The notes beneath the pieces are model-generated. The model made no database searches. It saw only the letters and a list, made by a program, of their open reading frames with translations, and was not told where the DNA came from. DNA of 64,000 nt from a virus, in the IMG/VR virus record IMGVR_UViG_3300034105_003151, positions 1-64,000 of that record. One strand, written 5' to 3'. Both the position numbers and the translations under genes were made by a program. Below, piece by piece: positions 18,599 to 28,784 of the stretch; position 1 is the first letter of the stretch, and every line of letters starts with the position of its first letter.

Positions 18599-19126
18599 AT
18601 GAATCGTTTAAAGGGTCAAAGAACATATCTAGCAGGACCGATAGACAGATGTCCCAACGGGGGACTTACATGGAGAGAGTCTATAACGCCATTTTTGACT
18701 GATCTAGGAGTCATCGTACTTAATCCATTAAACAAACCTACAGAAATTGCTAAAGAAGATATAGATTCTCGCAAGGCCCGAAAAGCCCTAAAAGCTAATG
18801 GTGATTTTGATGGCATGAGAGCGGCCATGAAACCAATTAGAAATGTCGATCTTAGAATGGTAGATATTAGTGATTTTCTTATAGTTCATTTAGATTTAGA
18901 AGTATATCCTTGTGGATCAATAGAAGAAATTGTCTTGGCAAATCGTCAAAAGAAACCTATCATACTACATATGGAACAAGGTAAAAATCAAGTTCCAGAC
19001 TGGTGTTTTGCTATGTTTCCTCACGAAACTATGTTTGGTAATTGGAACGAACTCAAAGATCACCTATTGGGCATAAATAACGGAACACTAACCAACACAG
19101 ATAGATGGTATTTCTTTAATATCTAA
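18599..19126 (+). CDS. nucleoside 2-deoxyribosyltransferase-like protein
   Basis: YLAGPI, WRE, NP, DLRMVDISD, GSIEE, KPI. Confidence 0.75.
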   Translation: MNRLKGQRTYLAGPIDRCPNGGLTWRESITPFLTDLGVIVLNPLNKPTEIAKEDIDSRKARKALKANGDFDGMRAAMKPIRNVDLRMVDISDFLIVHLDLEVYPCGSIEEIVLANRQKKPIILHMEQGKNQVPDWCFAMFPHETMFGNWNELKDHLLGINNGTLTNTDRWYFFNI

Positions 19127-19127
19127 T

Positions 19128-20252
19128 ATGCAAAAAATAATAGACGGCCTAAAATTAGACTATGATGATGTAGTAATAGTTCCCAAACGATCTAGATTAG
19201 ATAGTCGATCACAAGTTAATCTAATTAGAGAATATAAGTTTAAATATTCGCCTAGAATCTTAAAAAGTTCTCCAGTTGTTGTCGCAAATATGGATACGAC
19301 TGGAACTTTTGCTATGGCAAAATCATTATCTCCTTCTGATGCTATAGTTTGCTTACACAAGCACTATAGTGTGGATGATTTGGTATATTTCTACACTACC
19401 AGCCCACATATAAAAGATAATGTATTTTATTCTTTAGGAATTAGTTCTAGTGATTTAGAAAAACTACACGCTGTTTTTTCTATTTTATCAAATAAAGGTA
19501 TATCCTATCCTAATATTTGTGTTGATGTTGCAAATGGATACATAGAAAAGTTTGTGGGAACATTGGCCGAAATCAGAAATAACTATCCTGATTGTATAAT
19601 AATGGCAGGAAATGTAGTTACAGACAATATGGCGGAAGAGATCATTATTCACGGCGGGGCGGATATTGTGAAGATTGGCATAGGCCCAGGTGCTGTTTGT
19701 ACGACCAGACTTAAAACTGGAGTAGGATATGGTCAGTTGTCGGCTTGTTTAGAATGTGCCGACGCTGCTCATGGTCTTGGTGGTCATATTTGTGCCGATG
19801 GAGGATGTAAAAACCCTGGTGATATAGCAAAAGCTCTAGGTGCTAATAGTGACTTTGTTATGCTCGGTAATATGTTTGCTGGAACAGATGAATGTGAAGG
19901 TGATTGGCAATATGAATATACAAATGTAGTATATGATAAAGGATTCATGGCAATTCCAATGCCAAATTTAGAGAAAAGTAAAAAAGTAAAACAATCACTA
20001 AAGTTTTATGGTATGAGTAGTAAAGAAGCTATGGATAAGCACTATGGAGGCATGGCACAATACAGGACTAGTGAAGGTAGATGTGTTTCTGTGCCATATA
20101 AAGGATTAGCTATTAAAACTTTGGAAGATATTTACGGAGGATTAGTAAGTTCATGCTCATATATTGGAGCTGAAAATATTAAAGACTTTGGTAAAAAAAC
20201 AACATTTGCAAGAGTAAACAATACCCACACAAGGACATACGAAAAGCAATGA
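19128..20252 (+). CDS. guaC: GMP reductase
   Basis: LDYDDV, ANMDTTGT, CVDVANGY, KIGIGPGAVCTTR, ADGGC, FYGMSS, YRTSEG. Confidence 0.93.
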   Translation: MQKIIDGLKLDYDDVVIVPKRSRLDSRSQVNLIREYKFKYSPRILKSSPVVVANMDTTGTFAMAKSLSPSDAIVCLHKHYSVDDLVYFYTTSPHIKDNVFYSLGISSSDLEKLHAVFSILSNKGISYPNICVDVANGYIEKFVGTLAEIRNNYPDCIIMAGNVVTDNMAEEIIIHGGADIVKIGIGPGAVCTTRLKTGVGYGQLSACLECADAAHGLGGHICADGGCKNPGDIAKALGANSDFVMLGNMFAGTDECEGDWQYEYTNVVYDKGFMAIPMPNLEKSKKVKQSLKFYGMSSKEAMDKHYGGMAQYRTSEGRCVSVPYKGLAIKTLEDIYGGLVSSCSYIGAENIKDFGKKTTFARVNNTHTRTYEKQ

Positions 20253-21322
20253 AGCTTAATATAAACACCCCAATTGGATTTACTGGTTACGGAGTAGCGG
20301 GACTCAACTTATGTAAAGAGTTATCTAAAGACTCCAAGATATCATTATTCCCTATTGGTAATGTAAATGTAGAATCACAAGAAGATTACGATATAGTATC
20401 ATATCTAATAGATAATCAACAGTCTTGTGAATATGAAGCAAAAAGCATAAAGATATGGCACCAATTTGATCTGCTTAACCATATTGGTCGAGGTGAATAT
20501 ACAGCTTTTCCTTTCTTTGAACTAGATACTTTAAAGCCAAATGAGATTCATCATCTAAATTTTCCAGACAAAATTATTGTGGCTTCGCAATGGGCAAAAG
20601 ACGTATTGATAAATAATGGAATTAAAAAACCCATATATGTTGTACCTCTTGGCGTTGATCGTTCTATTTTTCATGAAAATCAACCAGAGATTCCAGAATT
20701 AAAAACAAACGCCTATAAATTCTTGATGGCAGGAAAATGGGAAGTAAGAAAAGGCTACGATATATTAGTAAATCTATTCAATTCTGCTTTTACAGAACAA
20801 GATGATGTAGAATTATGGATATTAGGATCTTCTCATGAAAGCTGTTTTCAAAAGAAAGAGCTTGATGAATGGCATGGTCACTATATGAATAGTAAACTAA
20901 AAAATAAGATTAAGATTTTGCCAAGAGTTCCTTCTCAAAAAGATGTTGCTAGAATTATGGGCAATGCTGACTGCGGCATATTTATTAGTAGAGCAGAAGG
21001 ATGGAATCTAGAATTATTGGAAATGATGAGTACTGGTAAATCTGTTATAACAACAAACTATTCAGCACATACAGAATTTGCAACTAAAGATAACTCTATG
21101 CTTATAGATATTGATTTTACTGAAAAAGCATATGATGGTAAATGGTTTCACGGTGATGGTAATTGGGCCAAATTGGGAAAAGTTCAACAAGATAGTATTA
21201 TTAATTATATGAGACAATGTTATAATAACAGGAACCAGCAGAATATCGAAGGAATAGAAACAGCCAAGGCTTTTTCTTGGAAAAATAGTGCAGAAAAACT
21301 AATAGAGGCTCTCAATGACTAA
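20249..21322 (+). CDS. glycosyltransferase, GT4 family
   Basis: TGYG, RKG, SRAEGWNLELLEMMSTG. Confidence 0.85.
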   Translation: MKLNINTPIGFTGYGVAGLNLCKELSKDSKISLFPIGNVNVESQEDYDIVSYLIDNQQSCEYEAKSIKIWHQFDLLNHIGRGEYTAFPFFELDTLKPNEIHHLNFPDKIIVASQWAKDVLINNGIKKPIYVVPLGVDRSIFHENQPEIPELKTNAYKFLMAGKWEVRKGYDILVNLFNSAFTEQDDVELWILGSSHESCFQKKELDEWHGHYMNSKLKNKIKILPRVPSQKDVARIMGNADCGIFISRAEGWNLELLEMMSTGKSVITTNYSAHTEFATKDNSMLIDIDFTEKAYDGKWFHGDGNWAKLGKVQQDSIINYMRQCYNNRNQQNIEGIETAKAFSWKNSAEKLIEALND

Positions 21323-22196
21323 TAGCATACCAGTTTCAGTTTTAGCCTTATGGAGAGATTCCGGGGCACATATTGATAGAGTATTAGGACAGTTAGATCA
21401 GCTTATTCAAGATAGACGAGATATTAATTTTGAGTTTTATTTTTATGAAAATGATTCTAAGGATAATACTAAAGAAAAATTAGAAGAATGGTTAAAAAAC
21501 AAAAACGGTAAGCTATTATCTGAAACATTACATACTCCTAAATTTGGATCTGTTCCATATATTGAAAGACTGATATTATTAGCTTACTATCGTAATAAGC
21601 TTAAGAAATTAGCAGAAAACACAACAAGTCACTATACTTTATATATTGATTCTGATATGATTTTTAATACGGATCACTTCAATCAATTACTAAAACTAAT
21701 GCATAAACGTATGTATGGTGATGAAATTGCTATGATTATCTCTAATACAAGACAAGAAGGAATTCCTGATATAATCGATAATCGTACAGAAGATAGTTTT
21801 CATGATGCTTTTACATTAAAAGATTATTACTTTAATGATGCTTTATATTTTGCAGATTGTCCATTTGTATTAGAAAGAGATAGACAGCAATGGCTGACAG
21901 AAGATTTAATTAGGGTTAGATCGGGCTTTGGTGGTTTTTCTATGATATTGACAGAAGCACTGAAAGAATGTTCTTGGTCATCATGGGGTAATTGTGAACA
22001 CGTTAATTTTTGTTTAGAAGTAGAAAAGTTTGGTAATATTTATATAGCTCCACAATGTAAACCTATAACTCCTATTGAAATTGGTGTTAGAGATATTCAA
22101 CAATGGTCACAACAAAAAGAATCTCAGATCAAACGTATAAACTCAATTAATCAGGCTCATAAGTTTTCTATCTCAGATAGTATTAAATATGCTTAA
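21315..22196 (+). CDS. GT-A glycosyltransferase-like (Anp1/Cap59-like)
   Basis: YENDSKDNT, LAYYRN, IDSD, SGFGGF, CEHV. Confidence 0.7.
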   Translation: MTNSIPVSVLALWRDSGAHIDRVLGQLDQLIQDRRDINFEFYFYENDSKDNTKEKLEEWLKNKNGKLLSETLHTPKFGSVPYIERLILLAYYRNKLKKLAENTTSHYTLYIDSDMIFNTDHFNQLLKLMHKRMYGDEIAMIISNTRQEGIPDIIDNRTEDSFHDAFTLKDYYFNDALYFADCPFVLERDRQQWLTEDLIRVRSGFGGFSMILTEALKECSWSSWGNCEHVNFCLEVEKFGNIYIAPQCKPITPIEIGVRDIQQWSQQKESQIKRINSINQAHKFSISDSIKYA

Positions 22197-23130
22197 ACCA
22201 ATCAAAGATCAAATAAATCAATATTTTGCAATAACTAAAACTCATACAGATATTTTGACTACAAATCTAGATTTAGAAGATGTTATAATAACTAAAAAAA
22301 ACAATCAGATATTTGTAGAATTTTATAATGAAGATCTTGTTAGTCCCGGTATTTATACAAGATTAGATGTTATTCTTCCTTATATCATGCAGTTTTCTAA
22401 AGAGAACCCTAATAATAATTTTAAAATCATCTTGAGCTTGGGCGACGAACAAAAAAAGGATTATAACACAACTATTCCTCATGTGTGTTTTACAAAACCT
22501 AAATCTATGTCAGGAATTTTGATTCCTAATATCGATTTTTTTACTGGTCATATGAAAACATATTTTGATATTGCCAGAAGCGTTAAGCCTGGAGATATTA
22601 GTAGATCTATCTTTTGTGGTGCTTCTACTGGTCCTTTAAAAAACAACACTAGAATTGAATATTGTTTATGGAGTTTAGATCAACCAGAACATGAGGGATA
22701 TATTACTCATTTAGTTCAACATAGCTTAATGGATTTTTACAATGAATATCCTGCAATTAAATCGGTATTAACTCCTTATAAAAGCCTACAAGATCAATTA
22801 CGTTATGATACTTTAGTTAATATTGATGGAAATACATTATGTTGGTCTAGATTATACTGGCAGATAGCATCTTCGTCATTGCCCGTATATATTAATCGTA
22901 CCCTTGACTATATTCAGTTTTTTGACTATTATGATCCGTCAGGATGCTATATCGAATTGACCCTAGAAGATTGCAAGCAAGGTAAATTTGATATCAATAA
23001 TTTTGATGTAAAACAAATTATCAAAAATGGTCAGAATTACTATACCAAAGTGTTCTCTGAATATGTAGAGAATCCAACCCAATACCTACAAAGTATCATA
23101 GACAGAGTCCTCCTATCATGCATAAATTAA
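22189..23130 (+). CDS. GT90/CAP10-like glycosyltransferase
   Basis: FCGASTG, YDTLVNIDGNTLCWSRL. Confidence 0.7.
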   Translation: MLKPIKDQINQYFAITKTHTDILTTNLDLEDVIITKKNNQIFVEFYNEDLVSPGIYTRLDVILPYIMQFSKENPNNNFKIILSLGDEQKKDYNTTIPHVCFTKPKSMSGILIPNIDFFTGHMKTYFDIARSVKPGDISRSIFCGASTGPLKNNTRIEYCLWSLDQPEHEGYITHLVQHSLMDFYNEYPAIKSVLTPYKSLQDQLRYDTLVNIDGNTLCWSRLYWQIASSSLPVYINRTLDYIQFFDYYDPSGCYIELTLEDCKQGKFDINNFDVKQIIKNGQNYYTKVFSEYVENPTQYLQSIIDRVLLSCIN

Positions 23131-24482
23131 TAATATTCGATATGGATGGTGTTTTAGTAGACATTAAAGATATTCACTACAGTACTCTAAATAAAGCCAT
23201 AGAACAAGAGGCTGGAGATTTGTTTTCAATTAGTTATAATGAACATATTGCTTATTATGACGGTCTAAAAACTTTTGATAAATTAAACTTACTCACAGAA
23301 AAAAAAGGATTGTATAAATCTTCACATCAGAAAATATGGCTAACTAAACAAACTTTGACTCAAGAGTATATAAAAAATTTAAAAGGCGATAAGAATATAC
23401 TAGATACTTTAGAAAAACTTAAAAATGATGGATATATTTTGTGTGTCGCTTCAAATTCTATAAGAGAAACTATTAAGCAAGTCTTATTAGCAACTGGCTA
23501 TATGAAATATATTGATTTCTTTTTATCTAACGAAGATGTAAAGAATGCTAAACCAAATAGTGAGATATATTTACAAGCAATGATCAAAGCTGGTGTGGCT
23601 CCATCAGAAACATTAATTTTAGAAGATTCTCCCGCTGGTGTTACCGGGGCATCTAATACTGGTGCAGATGTCATGATAGTTCAATCTAGTGAAAATGTAA
23701 CATATGACAATATCACTAATATTACAACTAAAAATAGTCAATCTAAACTTAAGAAATGGATTAATCCATCACTAAATATAGTTATACCGATGGCTGGTGC
23801 AGGATCAAGATTCCAACAAGCAGGATATTCTTTTCCTAAACCGTTAATTGATGTACGGGGCGAACCCATGATCAAACGAGTTGTAGATAATCTAAATATA
23901 GAGGCAAAATATACCTATATTGTACAAAAAGAACACTATAATAAGTTCAATCTCTACTCTTTGCTAAATCTTATAACTCCTAATTGTAATATTGTACAAG
24001 TAGAAGATTTGACAGAAGGTGCCGCATGTACCGTATTATTAGCTGAACAATATATTAATAATAATGATCCTTTACTAATAGTTAATTCTGATCAGTTTAT
24101 AGAGTGGCAGAGTGATTTGTTTTATTACAAAATGTCAAACTCAACACTAGATGGATCTATTTTAACTTTTACATCAAGTCATCCTAAATGGTCATTTGTA
24201 AAATTGGATGATGAAAAATTAGTTAATCATGTAGCAGAAAAAGAACCAATTTCCGACATAGCAACAGTTGGTATTTATTATTGGAGAAAGGGTAAAGATT
24301 TTGTTAATTATGCAAAAACAATGATAGATAAAAATTGCCGTATTAATAATGAATTTTATGTTTGTCCGGTTTTTAACTTTGCTATTGAAGACAATAAGAA
24401 ATTTGGAATATTTCCCATCGAAAAAATGTGGGGACTAGGAACACCAGAAGACTTAAGCTATTTCTTAGAAAATTATCGATAA
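23118..24482 (+). CDS. HAD phosphatase fused to sugar/polyol nucleotidyltransferase
   Basis: FDMDGVL, KP, EDS (HAD); IPMAGAGSRF...PKPLI, NSDQ, EK, GLGTPEDL. Confidence 0.88.
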   Translation: MHKLIIFDMDGVLVDIKDIHYSTLNKAIEQEAGDLFSISYNEHIAYYDGLKTFDKLNLLTEKKGLYKSSHQKIWLTKQTLTQEYIKNLKGDKNILDTLEKLKNDGYILCVASNSIRETIKQVLLATGYMKYIDFFLSNEDVKNAKPNSEIYLQAMIKAGVAPSETLILEDSPAGVTGASNTGADVMIVQSSENVTYDNITNITTKNSQSKLKKWINPSLNIVIPMAGAGSRFQQAGYSFPKPLIDVRGEPMIKRVVDNLNIEAKYTYIVQKEHYNKFNLYSLLNLITPNCNIVQVEDLTEGAACTVLLAEQYINNNDPLLIVNSDQFIEWQSDLFYYKMSNSTLDGSILTFTSSHPKWSFVKLDDEKLVNHVAEKEPISDIATVGIYYWRKGKDFVNYAKTMIDKNCRINNEFYVCPVFNFAIEDNKKFGIFPIEKMWGLGTPEDLSYFLENYR

Positions 24483-25246
24483 TGGATACAACCTTATTAA
24501 TTCAGGGAAAGCTTGATAGTAGAGTTTATGACTTCTATTGCTATCATTATCAAGATTATCCAAAGATTTTTTCAACATGGTATAATAATGATGTTTCAAA
24601 TAGCATTTGGGTAAATAATTTATATTTGAAGGATTTCCATAAATACAATACTAAAGTACTACTTAATGATTATCCCCCAGATATATTTATTAGTAAGGAA
24701 CAAAATAGACATCTACAAATATGGTCCACTATTAAAGGTTTACAGCAGGTAAAAACAGAAAAAGTAATTAAATTACGAGGTGACGAGGTCTACTCCAACC
24801 TCAATACTATAAAAATACACGAAAATAAAATTACATGCGCCCCAATATATTTCAAATCATGGAGACAATATCCATATCATATAAGTGATCATATAATAGC
24901 TGGATATACTGAAAATCTAGAAAAAATGTTTTATGGAGCATTAAGTAAAATATATGATAAGGATGAAATTAATAGAATCACTCCTGAGTATAAAAATCTC
25001 GTTACCGAAACACTATTAGGAATATCTTATCTAGAAGAAAAATTTAATATTCAATTTGATTTCTCTGATAAGTCTAGACAAATATTCGTAGAAAATTTCG
25101 ATATACTAAATTTAGAATCCCTAAAACCTTATTGTGTAACTGCAAACTATATCAAAAAAACATGGTACAGTGATTTTATTCCAGAACATAATGATAGTAT
25201 ATCTAATATAGAAGACTCATATATAATTAGAAGAAAAAAAATATGA
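24482..25246 (+). CDS. WavE-like LPS/glycan synthesis protein
   Basis: LIQG, STW, QIWSTIKGL, KLRGDE, HISDH. Confidence 0.7.
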   Translation: MDTTLLIQGKLDSRVYDFYCYHYQDYPKIFSTWYNNDVSNSIWVNNLYLKDFHKYNTKVLLNDYPPDIFISKEQNRHLQIWSTIKGLQQVKTEKVIKLRGDEVYSNLNTIKIHENKITCAPIYFKSWRQYPYHISDHIIAGYTENLEKMFYGALSKIYDKDEINRITPEYKNLVTETLLGISYLEEKFNIQFDFSDKSRQIFVENFDILNLESLKPYCVTANYIKKTWYSDFIPEHNDSISNIEDSYIIRRKKI

Positions 25247-25560
25247 AGACTTACAACATAGACAAAATGATTAATGGATGGTTTGTTGGTAATTTTTTTC
25301 CATCTGCATTTAATACTGATCTTTGTGAAGTTGCTGTAAAAAAATATAAAAAGGATGAACTTAATCTTTCTCATTATCATAAAATATCTACAGAAATAAC
25401 ACTAGTATTAACAGGCATTATACAAATGAATGATCAAATCTTTAATACTGGAGATATTATTGTAGTTTCTCCCGGAGAAAAAACAACTTTTCGCTCAATA
25501 ACAGATAGTGTATTAGTTGTAGTAAAAACTCCCGGTGCTATTAATGATAAATTCATATGA
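25243..25560 (+). CDS. cupin-fold protein
   Basis: GWFVGNF, HYHKISTE, GDIIVV. Confidence 0.75.
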   Translation: MKTYNIDKMINGWFVGNFFPSAFNTDLCEVAVKKYKKDELNLSHYHKISTEITLVLTGIIQMNDQIFNTGDIIVVSPGEKTTFRSITDSVLVVVKTPGAINDKFI

Positions 25561-26246
25561 GAACAGCAATAATATTAACAGGATTTGTTAGAACTTATAA
25601 AACTACATTTGATTTTTTAGATTATTATTTACTATCTAAATATCCTAATACAGATTTATATTTAATGACTTGGGATCATACTCAAAATAATCCTAAGATT
25701 ACAAATTTAGATACTTATGATAAAATAGATCAAAATGATATACTAGAAACATATAATAAGCAAAGAGTCATATCATATGCTTTTGAAGATTATCTTGGTT
25801 TCATACAAACTAAAGAAAAATTATCCCTTATTTCAGATAATAAACAATACAAATATGGAGATTTTTGGGTAGATAGACTCAAGGATCAATGGAGAATAGT
25901 TCAAAAAGGATGGAATTTAATTAAAAATCCAGAACAATATGATATTATTGGTAGAATAAGATACGATATAATGTTTCTAGCAACGCCAGTATTAAAAGAA
26001 AAAGAATTATGTATCCCTCCTGCTCCAACTAATATGTTTGATATTATAAAATACTCTGATCATATGGCTTTTGGTGATCCTGCTCAAATGCAAAAATATT
26101 GTAATCTTTATTCAAGTATATCAGATATGTCAGACAAAGTAGATATTAGTGATGCAGATAAGATGTTGAAATATTATTTAGAAAATCATAATGATCCAAT
26201 TGTTCCAATTATAAATAAAACTCTTAAATATACAATAATGAGATAG
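25557..26246 (+). CDS. putative glycosyltransferase (WavE-related paralog 1)
   Basis: RTAIILTGFVR, YDIIGRIRYD, DHMAFG. Confidence 0.65.
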   Translation: MRTAIILTGFVRTYKTTFDFLDYYLLSKYPNTDLYLMTWDHTQNNPKITNLDTYDKIDQNDILETYNKQRVISYAFEDYLGFIQTKEKLSLISDNKQYKYGDFWVDRLKDQWRIVQKGWNLIKNPEQYDIIGRIRYDIMFLATPVLKEKELCIPPAPTNMFDIIKYSDHMAFGDPAQMQKYCNLYSSISDMSDKVDISDADKMLKYYLENHNDPIVPIINKTLKYTIMR

Positions 26247-26254
26247 GAATTCAT

Positions 26255-26878
26255 ATGAATATAATGTTTGATGTTGGAGCTAACTGGGGAACAGATTCAC
26301 TAGATTTTATAAGAAATAATAATGATTGGGTGTGTTTTGCTTTTGAGCCAACTCCCCAATTGTTTAGTCATTTGGTAAATGTTTCTGCAAGTTTTAAGGA
26401 TAGATATTTTGTTTATCCATATGCTATTAGTGACTTTGTGGGCAAAGCTAATTTTAATGTAGCTGGTCAATCCGATTGGGGATGTAGTTCTTTATTAGAA
26501 TTTTCTGATAACCTAGATAAGACATGGCCGGGTAGAACAGATTTTGTAGTAACAGAAAATATAGAAGTAGATGTTATTAGTCTGAAATACTTTATCGAAA
26601 ATATCGTTCCAAATATCAAAATAGAAAAAATAGACCGTTTTCATTGTGATACTCAAGGAAATGATCTTAAGGTTTTAAAAGGTATGGCAGAATATGTATC
26701 TATAATTCAGCATGGTGTTATAGAGGTGCCACAAAGTACCGAAGTAATGCTATATAAGAATCAACACTCTTTTGAAGAAGCTGTAGAATTTTTACAAAAT
26801 AATGGATTCAAAATATCAAACATCAATTCTCAGCAAAATGAGCTGAATTTATGTTTTGATAGAAAGGAAGTTATATGA
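26255..26878 (+). CDS. FkbM-family SAM methyltransferase
   Basis: FDVGANWG, AFEP, CDTQGND. Confidence 0.85.
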   Translation: MNIMFDVGANWGTDSLDFIRNNNDWVCFAFEPTPQLFSHLVNVSASFKDRYFVYPYAISDFVGKANFNVAGQSDWGCSSLLEFSDNLDKTWPGRTDFVVTENIEVDVISLKYFIENIVPNIKIEKIDRFHCDTQGNDLKVLKGMAEYVSIIQHGVIEVPQSTEVMLYKNQHSFEEAVEFLQNNGFKISNINSQQNELNLCFDRKEVI

Positions 26879-27360
26879 AATATATAGCTCATAGAGGCAA
26901 CCTATTTGGTCCTAGTCCACTTGAAAATACTATACCTAGAATTCGAACGTGCTTACACGATGGGTACGATGTGGAAATAGATGTACATTATGTAGACGGT
27001 CAATTTTGGCTAGGACACGATGAACCTAAAGATATCATTGATGTCAAATTTATGCTGGAGCATCGTGACAAATTATGGATTCATGCTAAAAATAAAGAAG
27101 CCTTATTTCAACTACAGCTAACTAATGACTATAACGAATATACTAAATTCCAGACGCTAAATTACTTTTGGCATAATAAAGATGATTACACACTGACTTC
27201 TCATCGGCATATTTGGGCATATCCGGGTTCCGCTGTTAATAACCAAACAGTTGTAGTAATGCCTGAATGGTATGATTCTAGTGAAGATATAGAAAAAGCA
27301 TATGCAATTTGTTCTGATTATATAGTTAAGTATTCAAACAAAAGATTCATTAATAAATGA
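26875..27360 (+). CDS. GDPD/PLC-like phosphodiesterase
   Basis: IAHRG, ENT, VEIDV, LGHD, WIHAKN, ICSD. Confidence 0.8.
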   Translation: MKYIAHRGNLFGPSPLENTIPRIRTCLHDGYDVEIDVHYVDGQFWLGHDEPKDIIDVKFMLEHRDKLWIHAKNKEALFQLQLTNDYNEYTKFQTLNYFWHNKDDYTLTSHRHIWAYPGSAVNNQTVVVMPEWYDSSEDIEKAYAICSDYIVKYSNKRFINK

Positions 27361-28127
27361 ACATAGCATTTTGCATATCTGGTCATGCCAGAACATACAA
27401 ACATCTACATCAGAATTACTTGGATTTTTATTCTCATATAAGTAAATATGGAAATATAGATGTATTTGCGGCTCTATGGGATACTCAAAATACTTTTCAT
27501 AGTTGGTCGGCTGCTCATGGATTATTAGATGGTAGAACATGCGGAGAATATCTAAATGAAGATGAGATTAAAAAACATTTTCAGGCTTCCAAAGTTGTTT
27601 TATTTCCTTATTCGTTTTATGACTCCCCCTGGTCGCCCCTGTGTTGTCATAAATTAACGTCAGTCCCTTATTCCTGGGATGCTCGCGGTATTTCGCCCAA
27701 TGGAATAGTTCATTCTGCAAAAATGCTATTCTTAATTTTTCAAGCCAATATGCTCAAAAGTTATTCTGAACAATTTACTACTTATGACTTAGTATTTCGC
27801 TTAAGACCAGATATGATACTAAATAAAGAAGTATATGTCAGAATAGATTTTAATAATTTAGACTTCAATAATTTATACAGATTTAATAATGATGATAGAT
27901 TTGCATTTGGTTCCTCTCAAATAATGGATAAATACTCTAGTTCAATTTTACAAATAGCTCATGCGTACAATAATAATATCTTTGGAGATCCAGAATCAGT
28001 ACAGCAAACCTGTATCGAAATGTGCATTCATAAAGATCAACTAAAAACAATAGAAGATTTCGGACCATTACTTGGTGATAATATGCAGATTCGTGTTCAA
28101 AAAAATGATACAGGAATTCAAAAATGA
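27357..28127 (+). CDS. putative glycosyltransferase (paralog 2)
   Basis: IAFCISGHAR, YDLVFRLRPD, DRFAFG. Confidence 0.65.
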   Translation: MNIAFCISGHARTYKHLHQNYLDFYSHISKYGNIDVFAALWDTQNTFHSWSAAHGLLDGRTCGEYLNEDEIKKHFQASKVVLFPYSFYDSPWSPLCCHKLTSVPYSWDARGISPNGIVHSAKMLFLIFQANMLKSYSEQFTTYDLVFRLRPDMILNKEVYVRIDFNNLDFNNLYRFNNDDRFAFGSSQIMDKYSSSILQIAHAYNNNIFGDPESVQQTCIEMCIHKDQLKTIEDFGPLLGDNMQIRVQKNDTGIQK

Positions 28128-28762
28128 GGGTTGCATTAATATATTCAGGTCTTGTCAATTTTACTCAAAAAACGCTAGATAATCATCACAAGTTTTTAAT
28201 AGATAATTATGATACAGATATATACATAAGCTCATATGGAGATAGGGTTACTACGCCAAAACCAAAATCAGTCGAGCAAATGGACGATCTACAGGACTGG
28301 ACTTCATATTTTAAGACGGTTATAAATGATCCCAATATTATAGCTAGATCAGAAACAAATCCGGTCAATACCCTATCTATGTTCTACAAGATTTATAGAG
28401 GATTTTGTATGGTTCGTGACTCGGGTAACTCCTACGATATAATTGTTCGTTGTAGATCAGATATAACGTTTGATGCTCCTGTAAATCTAATTATCAATGA
28501 TTCATTAAATGTACCAAAAGGCGGTGATCATCATGGCGGCTTGATGGACTTATTTGCTTATGGTAATTATCCTATCATGAATATGCATTCCAAGCTACAT
28601 TTATTTATCGGTAAATACTTATATTTGGATCGTATAGTACTGCACCCAGAAACACTACTACGCTATCATTGTAATTGCTTAAATATTCCGATTAACCGTT
28701 TTGACCAGAATATTTATTTAAGAAACAGTCTTTTTACATCTACAGCACCCACGGTGTATTGA
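28124..28762 (+). CDS. putative glycosyltransferase (paralog 3)
   Basis: RVALIYSG, SMFY, YDIIVRCRSD, DLFAYG, HPE. Confidence 0.65.
   Translation: MRVALIYSGLVNFTQKTLDNHHKFLIDNYDTDIYISSYGDRVTTPKPKSVEQMDDLQDWTSYFKTVINDPNIIARSETNPVNTLSMFYKIYRGFCMVRDSGNSYDIIVRCRSDITFDAPVNLIINDSLNVPKGGDHHGGLMDLFAYGNYPIMNMHSKLHLFIGKYLYLDRIVLHPETLLRYHCNCLNIPINRFDQNIYLRNSLFTSTAPTVY
28753..28760 (+). promoter_or_regulatory. candidate phage-specific promoter motif GGTGTAT
   Basis: Recurs just upstream of operon starts (28753, 38821, 41885, variant at 33406, minus strand at 2522). Confidence 0.5.
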
Positions 28763-28784
28763 GCCTTATTCAAAGGAGTATATT

